Assembly: GCA_965249725.1 (NCBI GenBank)
Contig: OZ252251.1
Coordinates: 160,001-224,000 of the forward strand
Source of the DNA: Longimicrobiales bacterium
Lineage (GTDB): Bacteria > Gemmatimonadota > Gemmatimonadetes > Longimicrobiales > Gaopeijiaceae
Length of the DNA stretch: 64,000 nucleotides
Direction: 5' to 3'
The notes beneath the pieces are model-generated. The model worked only from the letters and a program-made list of their open reading frames with translations. It was not told the origin of the DNA and did no database searches. Made by a program: the position numbers and the translations under genes. Positions 1-8,854 of this stretch are shown piece by piece. Every line of letters starts with the position of its first letter. Within the stretch, counting starts at the first letter, position 1.

Positions 1-50
1 ATCCCCTCCCGGATAGTGTCGTGATCATCGATGATGAGAACGTTGGCCAT
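1..50 (-). CDS. Response regulator receiver domain, N-terminus only (truncated by window edge)
   Basis: Minus strand reads MANVLIIDDHDTIREG, a typical REC domain start, 39 bp downstream of the histidine kinase. Confidence 0.8.
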   Translation of the reverse strand, partial: MANVLIIDDHDTIREG

Positions 51-89
51 ATCGCGAACGGCTGAAGTCTACGGGTTATGTGGCAGGAG

Positions 90-1523
90 TCATGCCGGGA
101 GGAGGAGATCCTCCGATCCGTTGAAATATACGTGGAACTCCGTGCCGCTCCCAAGAGAAACGGCTTCTCCCGGGCCATCGGCGCTCGAAACCCATACCCG
201 CCCACCGTTGGCCAGGACCAGCTGTTTGACGATCGCCAAACCCAGTCCCGCACCCTGTTCCTTGTCTGACACGAAGGGGTCGAAAATGCGGTCCTTGAGT
301 TCCTGGGGGATACCGGGGCCGTCGTCCTTCACGATGACCCGGACCTCTCCGCGGTGCGCCTCACAGCTCAGGGTCACGTTGTCGCCGGCCTGCGCAGCAT
401 TCCGCAGGAGGTTCAGCGCAATCCGCTTCACGTGACTCGGATCGGCGAGAGCAACGAGCGGGTCCGGGGGCAAATCGATGGCCAGTCGGCAGTCGTCCTT
501 GCTCTCCAGCGCCACCAGCTCGGCCGCCTCCCGCACCGGCCCGCACACGTCGTGGAGGGTCACGTTCGCATCCATCGGCTTCGCGAACGCCAAGAAATCG
601 TTGATGATGCCGTTCAGGCCCTGCACCTCACTGCGGATCCGTTTGATCAACCGATCTCGCTCCTCGACGGACTCGGCATCTCCAACCGCCGCCGCGAAGA
701 GTTCTAGACCACCCAGGGGATTCCTGATCTCGTGCGCCACCTGGGCCAGCATGAGCCGCAGGTGCTCGTCCCTTCGCACAATGCCCTCACGCATGCGCTC
801 CATGGCTCTCGATAGTTGCCTTAGTTCCCGCCCCTGCTCCTCTCCCACCGGCTCGGCCCAACGGCCTCTCTGGATACGCATAGCCACACGACTCAGGCGT
901 TCCAGCGGCCGTGCCACGTTCCGTGCGAGGAGCAGAGCCAGCAGGATCGCCGTGACCGCCGCGACCACGGACCCCCAGAGAATCCTGGCCCTCAAGAGCG
1001 CGAGGGGCACCAGGTAGTCGGCTCGCATACGTACGGCCAGGACAACGCCGGGATTCTGAGCGCCCAGCCCGATGAAACCGTACTTGAACGGTTGCCCGTC
1101 CATCGAAAAGAGGTCGGAGGTGGTGGTAGTGTTCAGGCGCTCGGCCTCACGAATCTCCTCCCGATACGCCTCGAAACGGGTCAGCGAACCGATGGGCACC
1201 TCACTGGCGGGAGCGGTCGACACCACCGACGTGTAATCGGCGGTTCGGATGATCCAGGCCTCGGCGACAAACTCGAGAAGCTGCTGGAGTCGGCTTTGCT
1301 GGCTCGTGTAGGTGCGGAGCGCCTCGTCGCCCGGCCTGAGCGCCGCGAGCCCGGAGGTGGAGAATCCCACTCGGGCGGCGGTTCCCGTGACCTGTTGCAG
1401 CTTGTCGTCCATCTCGGCCTCGAGGTCGGCCCGAACGATGAGCCACGTGCCCCATCCACCCACCACCGCGAGCACAACCGAGAACGTGACCAGGACGGTG
1501 ATGAACTGGCGGCGCAGAGACAT
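90..1523 (-). CDS. HAMP-domain sensor histidine kinase
   Basis: Two TM segments, HAMP, H-box AHEIRNPL, N-box NLLRNA, G1 DDGPGI, G2 GAGLGL; start set at MSLRRQF. Confidence 0.93.
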   Translation of the reverse strand: MSLRRQFITVLVTFSVVLAVVGGWGTWLIVRADLEAEMDDKLQQVTGTAARVGFSTSGLAALRPGDEALRTYTSQQSRLQQLLEFVAEAWIIRTADYTSVVSTAPASEVPIGSLTRFEAYREEIREAERLNTTTTSDLFSMDGQPFKYGFIGLGAQNPGVVLAVRMRADYLVPLALLRARILWGSVVAAVTAILLALLLARNVARPLERLSRVAMRIQRGRWAEPVGEEQGRELRQLSRAMERMREGIVRRDEHLRLMLAQVAHEIRNPLGGLELFAAAVGDAESVEERDRLIKRIRSEVQGLNGIINDFLAFAKPMDANVTLHDVCGPVREAAELVALESKDDCRLAIDLPPDPLVALADPSHVKRIALNLLRNAAQAGDNVTLSCEAHRGEVRVIVKDDGPGIPQELKDRIFDPFVSDKEQGAGLGLAIVKQLVLANGGRVWVSSADGPGEAVSLGSGTEFHVYFNGSEDLLLPA

Positions 1524-1585
1524 CACGCCCTCGCCACGCTGGACGCGGCGGCGCTCTGCCTGAGATTCTGCCGGGTCGGCTTCGT

Positions 1586-2563
1586 CTAGCCGCACGGAAT
1601 CCTCTCCACCTGAGCCTCGGGAAAGAGCACCGGTGGCTCCGTTTTGGGCGCCATAACGATGTGGAATGGCACGTGGAGACGGGCCGCGGGTGAGCAGAAA
1701 TCGCCGGGCACCCGTTCGACCACCTCCGCGAGGGTGCCACCATCGATCTGGAGAATCCGCCTCACTTCGACGCTGTCCCCTGCCTCGACGCGCAGGCCTA
1801 CGGCCCCGATGACCACCATGTCGCGCTCGAAGTCCACATGGGGGGGGGTCTCATCACGACCGACGTGCGATCTCCAGAACTCGGTCCATCCCAGGGGAGA
1901 CGTGAACGTGAACGAGGCCCCGAGCTCAGCGAACGAATCCTCGCCGCGATCCAGGGTGCCGAACGGCACACTGCCGCTGTACAGGGAGACGAAGTCCTCG
2001 CCCAAGGTGAACTGACCGGCCAGAGAAGCCACCTGGATAACCCTGCTGGCTGCCGCGTCCGGCCGGGCGCCGGCCGGCGACAGATTGCTGAAGTCGCCGG
2101 ATGAACAGCGGACCCACGTCTCAGATTGGCCACGTGAGTTGTCCTGGATCGTCAGGATGACCGTCGTGCGTGTGATTCCGCAGATCGGGATCAGATCAGG
2201 GTCCAGCTCATCCGTAAAGAGCGTGAGCCCTTCCGTTTCGTTGATCTGGATGATCATGCCGGCGTAGGCCGAGGCGTAGGCGGACGGATCGCCGGGGTTG
2301 GGCCGTATATCCTCGTCCCCCAGCACCCCCAGGTACGAAATCCTCTCGGTGAGCTCCCACGCACCGGAGGACTCCCAGATCAGGGTCTGCTGCAACTCCC
2401 CCTGGTCTACCGACAAAGGAAGCAGCAAGGTCACCCGAATCTGTCCTACCTGCCCGAAGCGCAGCGTAGCCGGATCCGTGCCCGATCCACCGTCGCACGC
2501 CGACCCAATCGTGGCGGCTGCCACGAGGAGGATGCTGCGGATCCATAGGGAATTCAGGGTCAT
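1586..2563 (-). CDS. Putative lipoprotein with a PrcB C-terminal-like domain
   Basis: Signal peptide ending IGSA-C; C-terminal WTEFW..PPHVDFERDMVVIGAVG...PGDFC...PFHIV resembles PrcB_C. Confidence 0.65.
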   Translation of the reverse strand: MTLNSLWIRSILLVAAATIGSACDGGSGTDPATLRFGQVGQIRVTLLLPLSVDQGELQQTLIWESSGAWELTERISYLGVLGDEDIRPNPGDPSAYASAYAGMIIQINETEGLTLFTDELDPDLIPICGITRTTVILTIQDNSRGQSETWVRCSSGDFSNLSPAGARPDAAASRVIQVASLAGQFTLGEDFVSLYSGSVPFGTLDRGEDSFAELGASFTFTSPLGWTEFWRSHVGRDETPPHVDFERDMVVIGAVGLRVEAGDSVEVRRILQIDGGTLAEVVERVPGDFCSPAARLHVPFHIVMAPKTEPPVLFPEAQVERIPCG

Positions 2564-2601
2564 TCGGAACACCCGCCGAGCCTTGAGGGTTCGATCGCAC
2601 T

Positions 2602-3186
2602 ATGAGCAAACAAATGAATGAACGGGAACGACTCAAGGCTCTTCTTCTCGAGCGCTCCGTCCGTATCGGAGATTTTACCCTCGCGAGCGGAGCCCGTTCG
2701 TCCTACTACGTAGATGCCCGACGGACCACCATGACCGCAGAGGGCCAACGCCTCACCGGCAAGGTCTGCTACGATCTCATCGAGGAAGCGGGCTGGGACG
2801 TGTCACATATCGGCGGACTCACGTTGGGCGCCGATCCGGTCACCTACGCCATGGCCCACCACAGCTGTGAGCGCTCCAGGGTTCTCGACGGGTTTACGGT
2901 CCGTAAGGAAGCCAAAGAGCATGGAACAGGGCGGCAAATCGAGGGCGGTCTGCCCGAAGACGCCACCGTGGTGATCATCGAGGACGCCGTGACCAGCGGG
3001 GGGAGCGCTCTCAAGGCCATCGAAGCGATCCGCCAACACGGTGCGACCATCGCCGGCGTCCTCTGCCTCGTGGACCGACAAGAGGGCGGCAAAGAGTTGC
3101 TCGACGAGTTGAGCCTCCCCCTCCTGGCGGCATTCACCGGAAGCGAACTCCTGGCTGCCGCCCAAACGGCGTCAGGCGGTGAGTGA
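2602..3186 (+). CDS. pyrE: Orotate phosphoribosyltransferase
   Basis: GDFTLASG, YYVDAR, RKEAKEHG and PRPP motif VVIIEDAVTSGGS; alternative start at 2614. Confidence 0.95.
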   Translation: MSKQMNERERLKALLLERSVRIGDFTLASGARSSYYVDARRTTMTAEGQRLTGKVCYDLIEEAGWDVSHIGGLTLGADPVTYAMAHHSCERSRVLDGFTVRKEAKEHGTGRQIEGGLPEDATVVIIEDAVTSGGSALKAIEAIRQHGATIAGVLCLVDRQEGGKELLDELSLPLLAAFTGSELLAAAQTASGGE

Positions 3187-3223
3187 GGCAGTAGCACTGC
3201 GAGTAACCGCGAGCAGCGCAGTG

Positions 3224-3255
3224 ACCGGCGCCCCCACCGGCGCCCCCACCGGCGC
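3224..3255. repeat. 12-bp tandem repeat ACCGGCGCCCCC x2.7
   Basis: Read directly in the pyrE-dnaN intergenic region. Confidence 0.85.
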
Positions 3256-3282
3256 AGTGGAGTTGTCGATTGCTAGAGAACG

Positions 3283-4398
3283 TCAGTCGAGCAGCCTCAG
3301 CGGCATGACCAAGCAGAGGTAATCGCCCGGCCCCTCTCCCTCCGGCGGCACGGGCTCGATCGTCGCGGCACGCTCCGGAGCTCTGAACGTGATCTTCACG
3401 TCATCCGTCTCCATGTGGCGCAGCACCTCGAGTAGGTAGGCGGCGTTGAACCCGATCTCCAGGCTCTCTCCTTCGTAGGTGAGTTCCAGCTCGTCCTCGC
3501 CCTCACCCAGATCGGGAGTCAGCACATTGAGGTGCACGCGGTCCGCCTCGAACACCATCCGGATCCTGTGGGTCTGGTCACTCGCGACCACGGCCATCCG
3601 CCGAACGGCCGACGCTAGAGCCTTCTTGTCGACGATGGCGTGCTTGTCGTTGTCCTTCGGAATGACCTGCTCATAGTTGGGATACGCCCCTTCGATCAGA
3701 CGCGTGTAGACCTCGGTGCCCCCGGCCCGGAAGCCGAGGTGATTCCCACTCCGTGCTACCTCTAGATCATCCTCATGCTCGAAGAGTCTCTGGACTTGCT
3801 GCAACGCTACGGGCGGCACGATGAAGTCGGCGCTCGTCGCACTCGACGCACCCGCAGGAATGCCCATGCGGGCAAGCCGGTGTCCGTTGGTGGCGACCAT
3901 ACGCATATGTCCGTCCCGGAGCTCCCAGAGTACACCATTCAGGATGGGACGACTCTCTTCAGTCGATACCGCGAAAGACGTGTGCTTGATGAGCCCGTGC
4001 AGATCGCTTCCTTTGACCTTCCATCCATCCTCGAAGTCGACCTCGGGAAGTGTAGGGAACTCGTCGCTCGGCAGACCGTTGAGCTTGAATTGGCTTCGCC
4101 CACACTTCAGTTCGATCTGGTCTCCTCGCGTCGTCACTTCCACCGGCTGATCCGGAAGCTCACGCGCGATCTCCTGGAGCTTCTTACCTGGGGCGGTCAA
4201 GCTACCCTGCTCTTTGACCTCGGCAGGGACTCTCACGCGTACGGCAACGTCGAGATCTGTGCCGCTCATCCATACCCCGTCCTGCCCAGCCTCGAACAAG
4301 ATGTTGGAAAGCACCGGAAGAGTCGTCTTTGTGGGGATGCTCGCAGAAACAGCTGCGAGGCCCGTGTGAAGATTCTGCCGAGTGATGATACAGTTCAT
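3283..4398 (-). CDS. dnaN: DNA polymerase III beta sliding clamp
   Basis: LPVLSNIL, GTDLD, ESRPILNGV, VATNGHRLA, YPNYEQVIP, C-terminal LVMPLRL; GGGAGG RBS before ATG at 4398. Confidence 0.97.
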   Translation of the reverse strand: MNCIITRQNLHTGLAAVSASIPTKTTLPVLSNILFEAGQDGVWMSGTDLDVAVRVRVPAEVKEQGSLTAPGKKLQEIARELPDQPVEVTTRGDQIELKCGRSQFKLNGLPSDEFPTLPEVDFEDGWKVKGSDLHGLIKHTSFAVSTEESRPILNGVLWELRDGHMRMVATNGHRLARMGIPAGASSATSADFIVPPVALQQVQRLFEHEDDLEVARSGNHLGFRAGGTEVYTRLIEGAYPNYEQVIPKDNDKHAIVDKKALASAVRRMAVVASDQTHRIRMVFEADRVHLNVLTPDLGEGEDELELTYEGESLEIGFNAAYLLEVLRHMETDDVKITFRAPERAATIEPVPPEGEGPGDYLCLVMPLRLLD

Positions 4399-4410
4399 CG
4401 AGCCTCCCAT

Positions 4411-4658
4411 AGAGGGGTTACGGCGTCGGTTGAGCCCGGGTTTTTCACAGTGCCTACTTAATTAAAGACTACACTATAAGAAATAACTAGTAGTAGTAGA
4501 GGGTGTGGAAGTGTGGAGGACTGCATTTAGCCCTGTGTCTCCAAGCATTTCCACTGTGTGACACGAGCGTGGAAAAGAATGAAGCTTCCTTGACGCTGCC
4601 CGCGCCCGTAGAAAACTCGGGAGAAACAAGCCGTCTTCCACATGCCTATCCACAGCCA
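4411..4658. other. Replication origin oriC (dnaA-dnaN intergenic)
   Basis: AT-rich tract 4456-4487; TAG x4 DnaA-trios 4488-4499; tandem boxes TGTGGAAGT/TGTGGAGGA 4504-4520; further boxes at 4441-4449, 4568-4576, 4634-4642, 4646-4654. Confidence 0.9.
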
Positions 4659-6032
4659 TCAGGCGGGTTTCATCAACTCGTCGCGCACGGCTTCGACACG
4701 TCGTCGGAACGATGCGTCGCCCGCGATCGTCTCCTCGACTTTGCGGATCGAGTGGATCACGGTCGAGTGATCCCGGCCACCGAACAGCTTTCCGATCTGC
4801 ACCAAAGGGTAGTCGAGGAGATCCTTGATCAGGTACATGGCGACCTGGCGGGGGACCGTCAAGTCTTTCGTCCGGCGCTTGGAGCTCAGGGCTTCGTCGC
4901 GCACCTGCCAATGCCTGGCGACGACCTCGCGAATGCGTTCCGGGCTCGCCGGACCCCCTGTTGAATGCGGGTCGTATCCGAAGGTCGCCTGCAGAGCCCT
5001 GCGGGCCAGTTCGACCGAGATTTCTTGATTGGTGAGCGACGAATAGGCCAGGAGCTTGATGACGGCGCCTTCGAGTTCGCGGACTGACGACGTGCAGAAA
5101 CGGGCGATGAAATCGATGACGTCGTGGTCCAGGGTCAGATCGTCGTCGGCCGCCTTCTTCCGGAGGATGGCGATGCGTGTCTCGTAATCCGGCTGCTTGA
5201 TGTCGGCGACCAGCCCCCACTCGAAGCGCGAGATGAGCCGCTCCTCGAGTCCCGGGAGCTCCTTCGGCGGTCGGTCGCTCGTGAGGACGATCTGCTTCTG
5301 AGCGTCGTAGAGGGCGTTGAACGTATGAAAGAACTCCTCCTGGGTGCGCTCCTTGCCCTGGAGAAACTGGACGTCGTCCACGAGGAGCAGGTCCATCTGC
5401 CGGTAGGTGCGCCGAAACTCCGCTGTGGTCCCGTTCTGGATGGCGGTGACCAGGTCGTTGGTGAACTGCTCGGTCGGCAGATATGCGATCCGGCTGTTGG
5501 GCGTCGTCTCACGAATGGCGTTGCCGATGGCGTGCATGAGGTGTGTCTTGCCCAGGCCCACGCCTCCATAGAGGAAGAGCGGGTTGTACATGCGCGCCGG
5601 TTTGCCGGCCACAGCGGTACAGGCTGCCGTCGCGAGCTCGACATTGTCGCCGACCACGAACCGTTCGAAAGAGTAACGCTCGTTCAGCGTAGGAAACGTC
5701 GACGACGTTGCGACGTCGGGTGCGGGGGGTCGCGAACCGGGGGTCGCCACCTCTACGGTCGGAACCGCGAGTGGTGGCGTCGGGTCGCCGCATTGGACCT
5801 TGAGCCGGAGGGGACGTCCGAGAGTCTGCTCTATCAAATCGGCCAGCAGTGGCCCATACTTGTCCTCGAGCCATTCCACGTGGAAAGCGCTGGGCGCCTC
5901 GACGAGGAGTTCCGAGTCGGTGAGTCCGACCGCCGTCGTACCCGCGAGCCAGGTGCGGTAGGTCTGTTCCTGCAGGCGGCCTCGGGCAGCCTCGAGGACC
6001 TTCGACCACAGGTCGTCCGCGGTGAACTCCAT
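4659..6032 (-). CDS. dnaA: Chromosomal replication initiator DnaA
   Basis: YNPLFLYGGVGLGKTHL Walker A, LLVDDVQF, EEFFHTFN, RLISRF, GGRDHSTVIHS domain IV. Confidence 0.98.
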   Translation of the reverse strand: MEFTADDLWSKVLEAARGRLQEQTYRTWLAGTTAVGLTDSELLVEAPSAFHVEWLEDKYGPLLADLIEQTLGRPLRLKVQCGDPTPPLAVPTVEVATPGSRPPAPDVATSSTFPTLNERYSFERFVVGDNVELATAACTAVAGKPARMYNPLFLYGGVGLGKTHLMHAIGNAIRETTPNSRIAYLPTEQFTNDLVTAIQNGTTAEFRRTYRQMDLLLVDDVQFLQGKERTQEEFFHTFNALYDAQKQIVLTSDRPPKELPGLEERLISRFEWGLVADIKQPDYETRIAILRKKAADDDLTLDHDVIDFIARFCTSSVRELEGAVIKLLAYSSLTNQEISVELARRALQATFGYDPHSTGGPASPERIREVVARHWQVRDEALSSKRRTKDLTVPRQVAMYLIKDLLDYPLVQIGKLFGGRDHSTVIHSIRKVEETIAGDASFRRRVEAVRDELMKPA

Positions 6033-6103
6033 GCGCTCCTTGGGAATGTCTGGACGGTCCGGCGACGCTAGTGCTGAATCTAGCGGAGAGTCAGCGGGCA
6101 GGC

Positions 6104-6132
6104 ACGCTAGAATCCTGATGTGGAAAAGTCAA
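6104..6132 (-). promoter_or_regulatory. Putative sigma70 dnaA promoter containing a DnaA box
   Basis: Minus strand TTGACT-N17-TAGCGT with a perfect TTTTCCACA at 6119-6127. Confidence 0.6.
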
Positions 6133-6182
6133 TTTCGGTGGTATGCGTCAAGGAGTTTCAGGCTTCAGGGACCCGCCTGGGC

Positions 6183-6212
6183 TTGACCTCGGTTCACGCT
6201 CTCGGATATCTT
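6183..6212 (+). promoter_or_regulatory. Putative sigma70 promoter of the rpmH operon
   Basis: TTGACC-N18-TATCTT upstream of rpmH. Confidence 0.45.
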
Positions 6213-6277
6213 TCCATGCTAATTTTGTGGCGGTCCGAACAGCGGATCCCAGGACGACAAAAGAAGGCTCCAACGCT

Positions 6278-6427
6278 ATGAAGCCCACATACAGGCCCCG
6301 CAACCGGAAGCGCGTGAACAAGCACGGTTTCCGTGAGCGGATGAAGACTCGCGGAGGGCGGAAGACGCTGGCCAGGCGGCGGGCGCGAGGGCGCGCTCAG
6401 CTGGTGGTGAAGATCGGCTCGAAGTAG
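6278..6427 (+). CDS. rpmH: 50S ribosomal protein L34
   Basis: [24 protein letters not shown]; canonical position divergent from dnaA. Confidence 0.97.
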   Translation: MKPTYRPRNRKRVNKHGFRERMKTRGGRKTLARRRARGRAQLVVKIGSK

Positions 6428-6431
6428 TCGC

Positions 6432-6836
6432 ATGAACGCGGCCCGCTCGGCAGCCGGGCCGGGTCCGAGCCGGACCGCAGAGTTTCGCTTCCCACGCTCG
6501 GCACGCATCACCCAGACCCGAGAGATCCGGTCTCTGCTTCGGCAGGGCACCCGGAAGAAGACGCCCAACCTGGACGTCTTCTTTTTGTCTTCACACGGGC
6601 CGCGGAGCCGGTGGGGTCTCATCGTTCCCAAGCATAGGCATTCCATTGTCGAAAGAAACCGCGTGAAGCGCCGTCTGAGGGAAATCGGACGGATCCGGGT
6701 GCTACCGCGGCTCGACGAAGCGGGGACTGCCTTCGACGTGTTGGTGCGAGCCCGGAGAGAAGCCTATGCTGCCGGCTTCCGTACTCTCAAGGCAGAGCTT
6801 CAGGCGGTGACGGAGGACCTGTGTTCGGGCGAATGA
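6432..6836 (+). CDS. rnpA: Ribonuclease P protein component
   Basis: RWGLIVPK...[14 protein letters not shown] motif; synteny. Confidence 0.95.
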   Translation: MNAARSAAGPGPSRTAEFRFPRSARITQTREIRSLLRQGTRKKTPNLDVFFLSSHGPRSRWGLIVPKHRHSIVERNRVKRRLREIGRIRVLPRLDEAGTAFDVLVRARREAYAAGFRTLKAELQAVTEDLCSGE

Positions 6837-7078
6837 TTTTCGGGATGATCCGGTTCTATCAGCGAGGGATCTCGCCGTTCACCCGTGCTTCATGCCGGTT
6901 TTCACCTACCTGTTCCGAGTACGCGGCCGTGGCCGTGGAGCGCTACGGTCCGGCGCGTGGAACCTGGCTCGCGATCAAACGAATCCTGCGATGCCGGCCG
7001 TTCGGAGGGTGGGGCCACGACCCCGTGCCGGATGATCTCGAGGTTGCTCAGTTGAATCGACGCGGAAGTGTGGGGTAG
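6833..7078 (+). CDS. yidD: Membrane protein insertion efficiency factor YidD
   Basis: [38 protein letters not shown] overlap with rnpA. Confidence 0.95.
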   Translation: MIFGMIRFYQRGISPFTRASCRFSPTCSEYAAVAVERYGPARGTWLAIKRILRCRPFGGWGHDPVPDDLEVAQLNRRGSVG

Positions 7079-8854
7079 ATGAAACAGGAAGCGCGGTTCC
7101 TTCTCGCGATCTCTCTGATGATCCTCGTCCTTGTCGGGACGAACCTTCTCTTCCCGCCCATTCCGCCCGAGGATCTCCAACCGGCTGTGGGTGACTCGGT
7201 GACCTCTGCGGAGGCTCCGCCCGAGGCCACGCCGCCACCCGAGCTCGTCGCCCCCGGCCAAGCACAGACCGACGCCGTACCGGCCATTGTCAGTGATCCG
7301 CTGCAGCAGCCGGCCGGACAAGGCGTGCCGACCGAGGCTGCGCCGCCGCCGCCCCCGCCGGCGCCCCTCCAGCAGCCCGCCGCGGTTCCAGCCGAGGCGA
7401 TCGTGGTCGAGGGGCCACTCTACAGATTCACGTTCAGCAACTACGGCGGTCGTTTGACGTCGGCACGGCTGCTCCAATTCCCATCGTTCGCCAATGAAGG
7501 ACCGGTAGAGCTTTTCCACGAGGACGGAACGGGTGCGCTGGGCGTCGAGATCCAGGCCGACAGAGGCAGTCTGGATCTACACAATCTCCCCTTCGAGGTG
7601 GTACCCCGTGAGGGACTCGTCCTGACCGAGGGGGGTGGTCCGAAGACCCTGACACTGACCTATCGACACCCATCCGGAGCGGTCACGTTCAAGACGACGT
7701 ACACCTTCGATCCGGGTTCGTACGAGATCGGAGTCCGGACGGACCTCAGCGGCGTCGATCGGTCGCTCCTGGTGACGGACATGGGGACCGGCCTTGCGTA
7801 CAACGAAGCGAGGCAGGCAGACGAGTCACGCATCATGGGCTACGTGACGAATCACCTCCGTGAAGGCATCCAGGCGGAGCCGATGCGCAAGGTGGACGAG
7901 GATCAGTTGGTGGAGGGTCCGCTCCTCTGGTCGGCGCTGAAGAGCAAGTACTTCCTCTTCGCCGTATTGCCGGGAACGGGCAACGAGGAGCAGTACCTCG
8001 GTGGCCTGATGGCGAGTCCGGCGCTCGGTGAGGACCAGGCTGAGGTCTCCGTGACCCAGCCGTTCGGGGCGACCGGGTCCACGAGCTATCGGCTCTTCAT
8101 GGGCCCTCAGGAGCGAGAGCTCCTGACGGTCTACGGCAACGGGCTGGAGGAGGCCAATCCCTTCGGGTATCGCTGGATGCGCGTGGTCGTCCGACCCGTC
8201 GTCGTGATCGTGCTGGCGGTCCTCAACTTCCTACACTCCAGGCTGAATGTCGGCTACGGCTGGGTGCTCATCATCTTCGGCGTGATGATGCGGGTGCTGC
8301 TGTTCCCGCTGAACCAGAAGGCGATGCGGGCGCAGATGCGCAACATGGCCGTGCAGCCGCTCCTGCAGGACATCCAGAAGAAGTACAAGGACCAACCGGA
8401 GAAGCTTCAGAAGGAGATGATGAAGCTGTACAAGGAGCATGGCTTCAACCCGCTTGCCGGGTGTCTGCCGATGCTGCTGCCTTGGCCCGTCCTCATCACC
8501 CTCTTCTTCATCTTCCAGAACACGATCCAGCTCAGGGGCGAGAGCTTCCTCTGGCTCCCGAACCTGTCGGCGGCCGATCCGTTCTACATCCTGCCCGTTC
8601 TGTTGGGCGCATCCATGTTCCTCATGCAGTTCATCTCGGTACGGTCGATGCCGGAGCCGAACCCGCAGATGAAGATGATGATGTGGATGATGCCGATCAT
8701 GATGACGTTCATCTTCCTGAACTTCGCGTCGGGTCTGAACCTCTATTACGCGACCGCGAACCTGGCCACGCTACCCCAGCAGTACTTCATCGCCAAAGAG
8801 CGACAGAAGCTCAAGGCGCAGCCCCCCCTGAAGCCCGCTACCAGCGGTGACTGA
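7079..8854 (+). CDS. yidC: Membrane protein insertase YidC
   Basis: N-terminal TM, periplasmic domain, YGWVLII, LYKEHGFNPLAGCLP, DPFYILP. Confidence 0.97.
   Translation: MKQEARFLLAISLMILVLVGTNLLFPPIPPEDLQPAVGDSVTSAEAPPEATPPPELVAPGQAQTDAVPAIVSDPLQQPAGQGVPTEAAPPPPPPAPLQQPAAVPAEAIVVEGPLYRFTFSNYGGRLTSARLLQFPSFANEGPVELFHEDGTGALGVEIQADRGSLDLHNLPFEVVPREGLVLTEGGGPKTLTLTYRHPSGAVTFKTTYTFDPGSYEIGVRTDLSGVDRSLLVTDMGTGLAYNEARQADESRIMGYVTNHLREGIQAEPMRKVDEDQLVEGPLLWSALKSKYFLFAVLPGTGNEEQYLGGLMASPALGEDQAEVSVTQPFGATGSTSYRLFMGPQERELLTVYGNGLEEANPFGYRWMRVVVRPVVVIVLAVLNFLHSRLNVGYGWVLIIFGVMMRVLLFPLNQKAMRAQMRNMAVQPLLQDIQKKYKDQPEKLQKEMMKLYKEHGFNPLAGCLPMLLPWPVLITLFFIFQNTIQLRGESFLWLPNLSAADPFYILPVLLGASMFLMQFISVRSMPEPNPQMKMMMWMMPIMMTFIFLNFASGLNLYYATANLATLPQQYFIAKERQKLKAQPPLKPATSGD

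Noticed and set aside
4474..4964. ORFs crossing the dnaA-dnaN intergenic region
   Set aside because: The region is explained by oriC elements and the translations have no protein-like features
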